64,000 nt of DNA, taken from contig JBHGNT010000006.1 in NCBI GenBank assembly GCA_043228905.1, forward strand, positions 12,524,001-12,588,000, in the 5' to 3' direction. The first letter of the stretch is position 1. The number at the start of each line of letters is the position of its first letter. Both the position numbers and the translations under genes were made by a program. This DNA comes from Azolla caroliniana. Lineage: Eukaryota > Plantae > Polypodiophyta. The notes under the pieces are model-generated. The model was not told the origin of the DNA. It did not search any database and saw only the letters and a list, made by a program, of their open reading frames with translations. This document shows positions 12,831 through 23,112 of this stretch, piece after piece.

Positions 12831-15601
12831 ATGGACCCGCAAACGCTGTCGGAAGCCGCCAAGACATGGCTGAAGCAACACGGGCTCGAGGGCTTCTTGA
12901 TGATGATGGAAGTACCGCCACACAAAGAAGCCAACAAAGTGATCAAGGAAATCGATATAGAGGTCATAACGGCAGAGGCGATTCAAGCGTTAACAGGCCT
13001 TCCGAAGGGAGGCATACTCATGATCGACAATCCAACCCCGGAGCAACTCATCAGGTATTTTGGTGAGTACTCTCTAGCCATCAAGGGCTACCGGACATAG
13101 AGCGGCGGAGATATGTTGTTCCGCGAAATTGCTCCTGTGCTCCATGAATACGGCCACGTGTACCCTAGACCCCCTGTCATACCGCAGAACCGGGCAGGGA
13201 TGATCATCGCCACCTATGAAGGGATCAAGGTGGATTGGCCGGTATTGATCGCAGACGGGTTGTGTGCGGCGATCGAGATCGTCAGAGGCAAAGACGGCAA
13301 AGAAGGCCGAGACGAACGAAGGATATGGCACGTCGTAACGCAGTGGCTCACCTTGCTTGTGCCACCCGTCCAGACCGTCCAACCCAAGAAGCGAGGAAGA
13401 GTGGCGGACGGCACCCCAAGGACGGCTTCCAAACGGCAACAGTTGTTGGCCTCTAAGGCCACTAAGGGAAAGGCGGCGGATGTAGAACAGGTGGCAGCAA
13501 GAAGCAGCAGCCGGAAGCGCCCAATGGAGGCGCAGGAGGAACCACCGGCACGGCCCGTAAAGGTCACACTCCGCCGACCGGTGAATCGAGAAGCGGACCC
13601 CTTGGCGGCAAAACTCAATGCCGGAGCTCAGGAGGAGGAAATAGAGGAGGAGCCTATGGAGCACCTCCAGCGACGGTCATCGGCAAGGACCGTTGAGGCA
13701 GCCGGGAAACGTTCGGACCCTCAGACGGAGGGAACACCGGCTCCCCATACTGAGACTCCCACGCCAAGGAAGGAACCGGAACCGGTGCAGATGGCACCGG
13801 AAATAGAAGCCCCGGCACCACTGGCAACACCGGCAAGTCCCATCCCACCAGAGCCGGAAAGGTCAATACAGCCTCCCTCGGTCAGCCAAGAAGAAGCGCA
13901 AGGGGAACCAGGACAGCAGGGTGGTCCACGAGCAGAAACGGAACTGCAACTCGGCGCAACCAGGCGGGACCACCCCTCTACAAGTGAGCCCATCTGTCAA
14001 ACCTCCATGCAAGCACAACAAGGTACCGGTAGCCTATGGCTCTGGTGGATAGGCGAACAGATAGCCGGAGCAGTGGGGTATATTGAGGCGGAAGAAAGAG
14101 CGCAAAGCGAACGGTTGCTCGTCACAACCGAACAATTAGAGACGGCCCGGTCCAGAATCCAGTGCCTTGAAAGAGACTTGGATCAGGTCACGACAGAAAT
14201 GGCCAAAATACGGATCCAATCACCGGTGACTCCGGTAAGTGTACAGAATAAAGAAACGGAACGACCTGTACATAGCAATAAGACCCCAGCAACGGAAACC
14301 GTTCCGGCGAGAGATGCGGCGCAAGCCCAGGAGCTTGCGGAATTGAGAGATGAACTTGCCACACAAGAAGCGCTAAGGAGCCGTGAACGAGAATTGAAGA
14401 CGGCTGTCGAAGCCGAATTAAAGAAGACTGCTGAGAACCTCCGCCGGCAGAGGAGAGCCTCCGGAAAGGCCATCAAGCGTACGACCGGCTAAAGAAGGAG
14501 AAAGACAAAGTGCTGCAGGAAAAGGACAAGCTGCGGAAAACGGCGGAAACAGAGATTGAACGGCTAAAGGAAGAGCTCCGCCAGCAGAAGGACCGCGAGG
14601 ACCGGGCCCGTCGTCAGATCAACGCACGGCTCAAGCAAAAGACGGATGATTTTGAGCACCTGCACCGGGACTACAAACGGCTAGAAACGGAGCATAAAGA
14701 ACGGATGGCCGAGCTCCAGTAGGCAGTTGATCGGGCCGCGACGGCAATCGCCGACGAACGGGCGGAAAATACAAGACACTTGGATGAGGCGGAGAAGGTT
14801 CGGATGGAGCTCCAGAGGCAGCAGCAGGAAGACAAAGAGAGAGCGTCAACAGTATTGCAGAAATTACAAAGCACATATCAAAGGCAATTGACGCATTACA
14901 AGGCGCAGGCGGAGGACAACGTCAAAATCATCAAACAACTGAAGGAGGAACGGCAAGCGGCAGAAACCAAATCGCAATTGGGAACGAGCCGGATTCAGTC
15001 CATCCTCCGGGCATGGCTGAATCAGACAAAACACTTGATTGATGAAAGCTCCATAAAATGGTGGACAAAGTGGGCACAAAATGCGGCGGAACTCTAGTTG
15101 CTACGGGCAAATGTGGCAAACCAGCAGAAGGAAGGAGATGACTGTTATACGTTGACTTTCGAGGACTTCACCGCCATACGGGACGAGCTGGCCGACGACT
15201 TCCAAGTCCTGGCAGATGAACAGCTGGCGCAGGTCAGGCAGCTCGTAGCTCAGCTAGACGATGATAGGCTGGACGCTCAAATCCAGTTTGAAAGCTACGA
15301 GCGGTCCCGGGTGCGGGAAGAAAAAGCAGGGGAAGCAGCAACGGTTAACCTTAGTGATGAGGAACCGTCACCGGTTGAGGGCCAGCCGGGAACCAGTCAA
15401 CCGGAGACCACTACGACGCAGGGAGCAACGACGGAGACGCCGATGTCAGAGCCACAAACGGAGGAGCAGCCGCAGCAACCACCAACGGACCCGCCGCAGC
15501 AGACATCAACAGAGCAGCAACAACAACAACAACAACCACTTCCAGATGAACCATTGGAGCCTCTCGAACAAAGCATTCTAGACATTTTGGACGAAGAATA
15601 G
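12831..15601 (+). pseudogene. extra sense-strand ORF 3' of pol (about 920 codons: globular N-terminus, P/E-rich linker, coiled coil, Q-rich tail)
   Basis: Track ORFs 12609/13113 share a frame and 14510/14780/15098 share a frame; three in-frame TAG stops and one frameshift near 14490; ends ILDILDEE*. Confidence 0.7.
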
Positions 15602-15636
15602 CAAGGGTCGGTCGTGGATTCGACGTACAAGGTACT

Positions 15637-15653
15637 GTCCCACGGGCGTGCCA
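15637..15653 (-). promoter_or_regulatory. inverted second PBS (tRNA-Arg-like 3' end) at the PPT position
   Basis: Plus strand GTCCCACGGGCGTGCCA, then TG, then the LTR; reverse complement TGGCACGCCCGTGGGAC; no purine run is present. Confidence 0.75.
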
Positions 15654-15655
15654 TG

Positions 15656-16360
15656 TGTTACCGGCCGGCAAAGGAGTCCAGAGTGGGAAACGGAGAGTTA
15701 ATTAAGTAATAGGAATGTGGTTGTAATTAAGCTATAAGTGTGGACAGACGGACCGGAAACAGTATGTCGTTCCGGATCCGGACCGATCCCGAACAGGTGC
15801 GGATGGCACCGTTTTGTAATACACGCCGGAAACCTATTTAAAGGCCCAGATACAATGTAATAGTTAGCGGTTAATTAATGAAAGCTTAAGCGTTGTTATC
15901 TCTCTGTGTTAATTGTCGTTCTGTCTTAATTGTTATATCTTACGCGTGTGTTATGAAAGACGATCATAATAAGTAACTTAACCAAGTAGGATTAAGCGTT
16001 GAAGTCTAATTCGGTTGCCGTAACACCCTTTGGTGAAGTGTCTCCCGTAGACACCCCAGAGCCTCCGTCTATAATTGTGCCGGGGAGTTCTTTCCCTTTT
16101 ACAATGGCAGTGATTACCGGACTGCTGGTGTCCACCACCGTTGGTCCCTCCTCCGGATTCGAGAAGAGTACCGGTGCCGGTGATGGTTCTCCTGCCGTCA
16201 TGGCCGTCTTCAGTCCTTTCGTGAATCTTGGCACGAGTTGTAGCAGTCTTCCTAGTGGTAACGTAATCTGGCATTCTTGCAACACCTGCCATGTCTCGTT
16301 CTCGGAGTGATTACCGCCGGCAAGCCCTGCGGTGTTCTCCTTTTGCCCGAAGAGTTAACA
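15656..16360 (+). repeat. 3' LTR of gypsy C, carrying a 295-bp inverted internal fragment
   Basis: Matches the 5' LTR to ...GACACCC, then the reverse complement of 8661-8955, then CGAAGAGTTAACA. Confidence 0.92.
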
Positions 16361-16991
16361 AAGTCGCGACGTCGTTTTCGACAAATCGGCGTCTTGGTAT
16401 AAGCCCGATGAGACTCCATCCGGCCCGATCGAGGAAGAGTTGAACACCAACTCAGATGACGAAACTCGGCCAAGTCCTCCACCGAAGGACAATCCAAGCT
16501 CTACCGAGCTAATTGGCCCACAAGAGCCTCCACGCCATGAAAACACGTCGCAACCAAGTTCGACATTGGACAAAGGCAAAGGTAAGATGCCCGAATACGA
16601 AGTCGAGGTCCACCCCGACGACCGTGATTCGGATGATTCGGCTCGCTCACTAGACAGTGAGTTCGGTGTACCCATCATGAGGACACCCGGAGTAAAGAAG
16701 GCAGTCACATCGACAAACGAGAAACTCCGCCGCTCATCACGAGCGAAGACCCAAGTCACTCGTTACGCCTACAACGAGTATATGGCCCATCACTATGCCC
16801 TCACGATGAAGGTAGTGGCCAAACAAGAGCCCAAGGATCCAAGCCTTCGTCACAGGCTTGAGGGGGAGAACAAAGTTGCGGAGAGCCGCGCAACGAAGCC
16901 GCGAAGAAAGCCGCAAGCCGCACCGATGCCGACGAAGCTGAAGGAAGCTAAACCGGACGTTGGACGCCTCACACTTAAGCTTGAGGGGGCG

Positions 16992-17432
16992 TGTTGAGAT
17001 ATCAAGCTCAACTAGTTTAATCTAGTTAGTCAACACATGTAACTTAGTAGTTACCTAGATCGAATCTAGTTAATGTGTTGACCTTAAGCCTTTAAATAGG
17101 ACCTTGTACTTAAGTAGGATATTCTAGATCCTCCACTCCTTAGTACATTTAATGTAGGACTTACACATAAGTACCTATGTTCTACCCACACATGTGCACC
17201 TTTGCACATGGGTTGTATATATACCTCATTCTGGGTATTTTTGTATGTAGATGACACTTTTCAATATAGTCAATCATCCCCCATTTATCTTCGTGTTCAA
17301 GTGTAACTTCCTCTCTCTCTCTCTCTTCCTCTCACACACTCTCACGCGCATATCATACTAATCTTCCGCTGCTTAACGTAACCATATAATTAGTCTCTAA
17401 TTAACCCTAGTTAATTACCTAATTACTTAACA
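16992..17432 (+). repeat. 3' LTR of copia B
   Basis: Near-identical to 3516-3962 and preceded by TTGAGGGGGCG. Confidence 0.95.
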
Positions 17433-17457
17433 CTTTCGCACGTTGTTTGTTTTGACA

Positions 17458-20103
17458 CTTCTCAACGCCGATTTTCCCTGAAATGACGTAATCCCAGACA
17501 AAGTGATATCGAACGTCGATGTGCTTCGAGGCGTTGTACTGTACTGGATTTTTCGACAGTCTTGAGTATCAATGTAAACAACTTGAGCCGAGTCAGGTTC
17601 TACTTGTTGAAACGTGCATGCTAGCCAACCCAGCCATAAATCTTCTTTCGCCACGTCCGACCTGGCTACGTATTTGACCTTTGTTGTTGATGTAGCAGTG
17701 CACACCTGAAGTTTCGATTTCCACGAGATCACTCGAATAGCAAATTTGAAGCAATATCCGATTGTCGATTTTCGACTATCCATGCAACCTGCAAAGTCCG
17801 AGTCAATGTATTGGACTATGCCTGTAGTGTCATTCGGGCCGAATAGAATGCCAAGGTCTTTTGTGCCCACCATATATCTGAAGACATGCTTGACTACGTT
17901 CCAATGCAATCGGCCTGGATTATGCATGAATCTGTTGACGACTACGACGGCTTGAGCAATATCAGGTCGCGCCACGACCATCGTGTACATCCGGGAGCCA
18001 ACTATATGTGCATATGGTACCGACTTCATAATTTCCCCCTCCGAACCGAATATTGGGTAGTCTCGTTGAGACAGGCGAAGGCTAATGGGGAGCAGGGTCG
18101 AAGCAGATTTTGCCGATTGCATGTTGAAGCGTTCGAGGACACGTCTAATATAGTCGGATTGGGACAGAAACAATTGTCTTCGTTTCGATTCTGACTAATC
18201 TTCATGCCCAGAATGTGTCTTGTCGGACCAAGGTCCTTCATGGCAAACTTCAACCAGGGTCGCAGAGTCGGTATCCGATTTCGCCATTTGGTCCATAATC
18301 GAGGAAAATACATTTCCTGGACCCTGGTGCAAGTTTGCGGCAATCGTCTTTAAGTATGAGGGTGTATGTCTCACACCCAAAGATCCTCAGCTTGTCGTAA
18401 TTCAATTTACTACCAGTTCATAATCCTGAGGTATCTTAAGTCCTAGAGGCCTACTCGGCGACATATTGATAATGTGTACTACCGTAAGTAGGGCCTCCGT
18501 CCAGATGCCATCCAACAATATGGAGTGTTGGAGCATGGAAACTATCCTTTCTTGAATTGTCTAATTCATCCTCTCGGCAATTCTGTTCTGCTCCAGACTA
18601 TTGGGTTTAAGGTTTTTACGTCGTATGCCACGTTGTCGACAAAATCTGACGAGTTCTTCATATTTGAACTCTCCCTCGTTGTCAATCCAAAAGCATTTAA
18701 GTTTTCAGCTGGACTAATTCTCAACCATAGCGAGCCAATCAGAAAAGATCGAGAACACTTGATCTTTGGTTTTGATTGGATAAGCGCAGACCTTCTGAGT
18801 CAAGTCGTCAATAAAGTTGACGAAGTACATAACACCACCGAGAGATTCATGTGGCATAGGGCCACAGACGTCAAAGTGGACCAAATCGAGTGGATTCAAT
18901 TCTCTTGGTGCTGATGTCAGATGTGTTGCAGCTATCTGTTTGTCATACTGGCAATGCTCACAGAACTGATGATCGGAGAAGGAGAGTTTAGGGATGTATC
19001 CGGCTCTGGATAAATGCGTGATGTCGGCCTTACTGAGGTGTCTGAGTCGTCTGTGCCATAGTGATGACATGGGAATGTCGACCAAGAACAAGTCACCCTC
19101 TCTAAGTGTGATGTATAGCGGGTACAGCAGTGTACTTTCGGTCCTCGAGCAAGCAAGAGGTTCCCCCTATGGAGTGTCCACCCTCCTGATGAGAAGCCAG
19201 CACGGATGCCATCTTTGTCCAATTTTCCGACGGAGATCAAAGGTCTTGAGAGTTCAGGTACATGTCGGACATTATGTAGTACCAATGTAGACCCACCCGG
19301 AAGGTTGAGCTCTATTATGTTGATTCTGATAATCACGCAATGCTGAGAATTTCCGACTTGAACTGAGTCGGAATGTCGGGCTAAGTATTACCGAAATTGG
19401 GATGATGAGGGGTCACATGAAAGGACGCACCCGAATCCAAGATCCATGTGCTCGATTCCTCAGTTGTAAGCAGAACTTCTAATTCGATTGGGTTTTCAAT
19501 GGATAGAATGTTTGGGTCGTTCAACAATACTTCGGTTGAAGAGCCGACGTAGTTAATCTCATCATGCCGGCCACTCTTCTAATTAGCTCACTGAGCCTTA
19601 TCGTTTTCTGCCTTCAGTGTGCGGCAATCGGCTTTGATGTTTCCGGGTTTCTTGCAATTATTGTGGACTCGATTATCCTGGGACTTGCTCCGATTTCGCT
19701 GGTTGTTCGGCTGCCGTGAAGAACATCTTCCTCGACTATTTGGTCGATCGGTCGAACCTTGTACTATGTAAGCGTCGTTGGGCGAATCGTTCGCAAACAA
19801 TTTTCTTCGAGTTGCTTAAGTTAGAATTGTGCTCGTGACTGAGGAGTACTTAACGACAGCAGTCGACGCATTGCAGACAGTTGTAACGAAAGTTTCCCAC
19901 AAAGGAGGGAGACTGCTCATAAGCAACATTGCTCTTAGTTCATCCTCGATAGTCGTCCCCTAAGCCGCAATTTGGGAACTTAAGCTTTTGTACTCATTCA
20001 TGTGTGCTTGGACCGAGTCGGATTCTTTCATCCAAAGATTATAAAGGCGCCGAATCAGATATATCTTAGTGGTAGCTACCTTCTTCTCATAAGTGTCCAA
20101 CAA
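17458..20103 (-). mobile_element. degenerate Ty1/copia D internal region (gag-PR-INT, deletion, RT end-RNase H), related to F
   Basis: TYEKKVATTKIYLIRRL, LWHRRL..CEHC, DSDFAGCMDSRKST; colinear with 51389-55284, with roughly 1 kb missing near 18255. Confidence 0.88.
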
Positions 20104-20392
20104 TGTCACTCTTCTTGAGAGAAGATCATAAATATATACAAGCAAACTAGATTGATAGCAACAACAACATCAACAGAAAATTAGACACAACCAGAACATG
20201 AGGGAGAGAGAGAGATGTTAGGCATAAGATGAAATGTATTGTTTAACCACATCAAAACTAGGTTACAAAGTCAGTTTATATACTGACTAACTTAGGGCAA
20301 TTGCCATTCTCACTATTTACATAAATAGCCTAAACTTGGTTTGTACAAAGGAAGACAATGTGAATACGTCCATTAGAGACCCACATTCAACA
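20104..20392 (-). repeat. 3'-type LTR similar to the copia F LTR, with PPT
   Basis: Minus strand GAAGAAGGGGG then TGTTGAATG...GTGACA; shares blocks such as GTTACAAAGTCA and TAGGGCAA.TGCC with 51060-51196. Confidence 0.75.
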
Positions 20393-22097
20393 CCCCCTTC
20401 TTCCAGACGCTCTGCCTCATACGTTCGAAGCGTCCTATCAGTAGTAGAATTTATGTTCTCAGGGTTTCTCTTGGTTGTATCAGCCTTGGCCAAATTGGCC
20501 TCTTCTCCCATGATCTTGTCCTCTTCCTCCATCAAAGTTCTAATAGAGCATGTGTCCTTCTAGCGAATTGCTTCTTGTTCGAACATGATTCTCCTCGACC
20601 AACATGATTCTCCTCGAAGCAAATCTGCATCATTTCATCGTCGTCAATGCTAACATTGATCAACCGGAGGGCATCGCATAGCTCCTTGACCTTCAAGGTG
20701 TAGTTTTCAATTGACATGTCCCTCTGTTGTATGTCATTCAATTATTGACGGAGTTGAAGCTTTCTTGCGGTTGTGTTGGCACGAAAATCTTCTTGAGGTT
20801 CCCCCACGCCTCCTTCGGCATTTTGGCCTCTCGGATGTAGCCGAGCATGTGATCATGGATGCATGATGCAAGGTAGTACAACACACGACTCGCCGCTTGC
20901 TCCCAAGCTGGGTAGTCGGCATGTTACGGGATATTATATGGTCATGGTCGTAACATTGATACCAACTATTAGAGATATGCCCTAATGTAAGCATATGATA
21001 AGGATAAAAGAATGATAGATAGATAGATAGAAAGGAGAGAGAGAAAGAAGGGTGCCGATCCACCCGATCACCCTCGAGCGAAGGGATCGAGACGGACTCG
21101 AGCCTCGATCGGCGTCCCATTCTACCACCGTGGCGTCGAGGCTTACTTGGTGTTGGCGCGCTCGCTACAAGAGTTGACCCACCACAAGAACAGAGTCTCG
21201 ACCTAGTCAAAAGATGATGAAATGAGGGTAGCTAGGCCTCTTATTTATAGCGATACCCAAGGCCCCCATGCAAGTTCACACTTGGCCTAATAGGTTGTCT
21301 CAATCCCGAGGATTAAAAGTAATCCTCCCCTTCTTTACACTCTCGTTTAACCCTCACACTTATCCACGTGTATAGAATATTGCGATAAATTCTCACCATG
21401 GGATATTATATGGTCATGCCCATAACACGACATGTGTTGTGTTGGGTTGCGATTCTTGTGCTCCCTCGATATAACTCAAATAGCCTTGGCCGACAAGGTA
21501 TTGGTGCATCTTGTACTCCCAAGATGCAAAGTTGTTCCTGTCAAGCTTCTCGATAGGAAGAGCGCTTCCCATCTAAGTGTTCATTGTCGAACTTCTTCTT
21601 CTTCTTCTCTTTGATACGAACTTGTGTAGATTGCGACTACAACGATTAGTCGGTTCTTTCCAACCGCGGGCTTGGGCACAACATATGTAATGGCGATGGG
21701 CTTGGATCAAGCTACCACGTGCTCGGATACCATGTACAGCGAATCGGATGGATTCTGTGCAACGGAAGAACTGTGTGTGCGTGGAGAGAGAGAGAGAGAG
21801 AGAGAGAACTCAAGGTTACACAGAAACAATAAAACTGTATTAAGAAGGAAACAAGAATGACCAACAACCGTTACAAAGAGAATGAGAAGGTGCTTATGTA
21901 GTCACCTTCTCTCTAAGTTCTCTCACTAGTACCACCTCTTGGGAAAGAGGTTGTGTCTTAACTACTTAAAGAATATGTGTCATAGGACATTAACTTCTAT
22001 GACACACTAGTTACTATATAAGGAGGTGAGGTGTTCACACACTTGAGTATCCTAGAGTGTGTTCTCACTCATGGGAAGTTGAGTTTGATTCTCAACA
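20393..22097 (-). mobile_element. copia remnant E: 5' LTR 21733-22097, Met PBS 21721-21732, decayed gag similar to element B
   Basis: GCTCGGATACCA then TGTACA...CTCAACA on the plus strand; gag DMSIENYTLKVKELCDAL. Confidence 0.78.
20922..21427 (-). mobile_element. LTR insertion: one LTR, a PBS stub and a 34-bp duplicate of the LTR start
   Basis: TG...CA ends, TSD CGGCA/CGACA, GGGATATTATATGGTCATG at both ends, TGGTATCA at 20957-20964 (minus). Confidence 0.7.
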
Positions 22098-22963
22098 CTA
22101 TGATTAATATGTATTGGTGCAATGCAAAGCTAGATTATTCACATAGTGTCACCTAATTCATGCTATATTTGAATGTAAAAATCCAAATCATTCATGATAT
22201 GAGCATTTGTCAAATACTTTAAGACTAGATTTATGCAATCAAAATAATGGAGAGATAGAAGTTATAAATGTTTGTTGCAAAACTTCTCGATAACAAGGCC
22301 TCATAGCAACTAAAATGCAACTAGAGTAACTTAAATTTTTTTCTCAAGTTTTGTTAAATCCTCCAACATTGGCCATTATACTCAAATTTCAAAAGCACCA
22401 AATTTCATACATTATATTATTGGTGGGAAAACTCAAAATATTCATAAATATTTCGAATTAGAAACATAAAAACAATTCGTAGTAAAAAAGTCAGATTGCT
22501 AGAAGAGCTTCTATAACTAATGAGTCAAGAACCAAATTGTGAATAACTTGTTAGATTATTGTATGACAAGTCAATAATAGATGAAGAAAGGATTTCATCC
22601 ACATGTCTACAACTCCGACAAGTGTAGCAAAAACAAATTTCCTAACAATGTGTGGTCATCAAGCAATTCTTCTACACCCCACTTCACTCAAATTTGTTTC
22701 TACCACACCAATGACATCTACATGTACCACACATCCTTATTAAAATTTGTACTTCGTCATGGTTCATGTTGTAAATTTGTAATTGCTTATACTTGGTTTT
22801 GGGTGGAGGATTTTGTGGAGGCAAACTAGGAGGTTAAAAAAGGTGTGGATCCTCCTCAAGTTGTCTTTCTTTCGTCAGGCAAATGGAGGTACAACACACT
22901 TGTTTTTAGCAATGCCATTATAAGGAGGAACCCTCCCTCCCGAAGCACGTAAAAACTCTCAAG

Positions 22964-22965
<2 letters not shown>

Positions 22966-23003
<38 letters not shown>
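22966..23003. repeat. (AT)n microsatellite
   Basis: About 19 AT units upstream of the first PPR gene. Confidence 0.95.
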
Positions 23004-23006
<3 letters not shown>

Positions 23007-23112
23007 GAAAATATGTAGAGCACCACAAATATGCTCATTGTTTTCCAACTGCCTCTAGCTCAAAGAGAGAGAGAGAGAGAGAAGGATTTGCCTGCTCTTG
23101 CATAAAACTCCC

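Larger units (their letters stand above)
6283..16360 (+). mobile_element. Ty3/gypsy element C, non-chromovirus (Athila/Selgy-like, no additional RNase H seen), with an extra 3' ORF
   Basis: LTRs 6283-6718 and 15656-16360; TSD AAGGC/AAGTC; host reading AVRI|SRDVVFD is restored on removal; order gag-PR-RT-RH-INT. Confidence 0.93.
3516..17432 (+). mobile_element. Ty1/copia element B, two LTRs, RT/RNase H deleted, hosts gypsy C
   Basis: LTRs 3516-3962 and 16992-17432; PBS TGGTATCAAAGC 3963-3974; PPT 16981-16991; imperfect TSD CTTCC/CTTTC. Confidence 0.92.
1962..17457 (+). mobile_element. Ty1/copia element A, 3' part (RT end, RNase H, 3' region, 3' LTR split by element B)
   Basis: RNase H motifs, PPT TTGAGGGGGAG 3122-3132, LTR starts TGTTGAGC at 3133, is interrupted at 3515 and finishes 17438-17457 (...TTTGACA). 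Confidence 0.75.

Noticed and set aside
6283-16360. Element C transcribed from the minus strand with antisense gag-pol
   Set aside because: There is no PPT on the minus strand beside 6718, and LTR TATA-like motifs point the same way as gag-pol.
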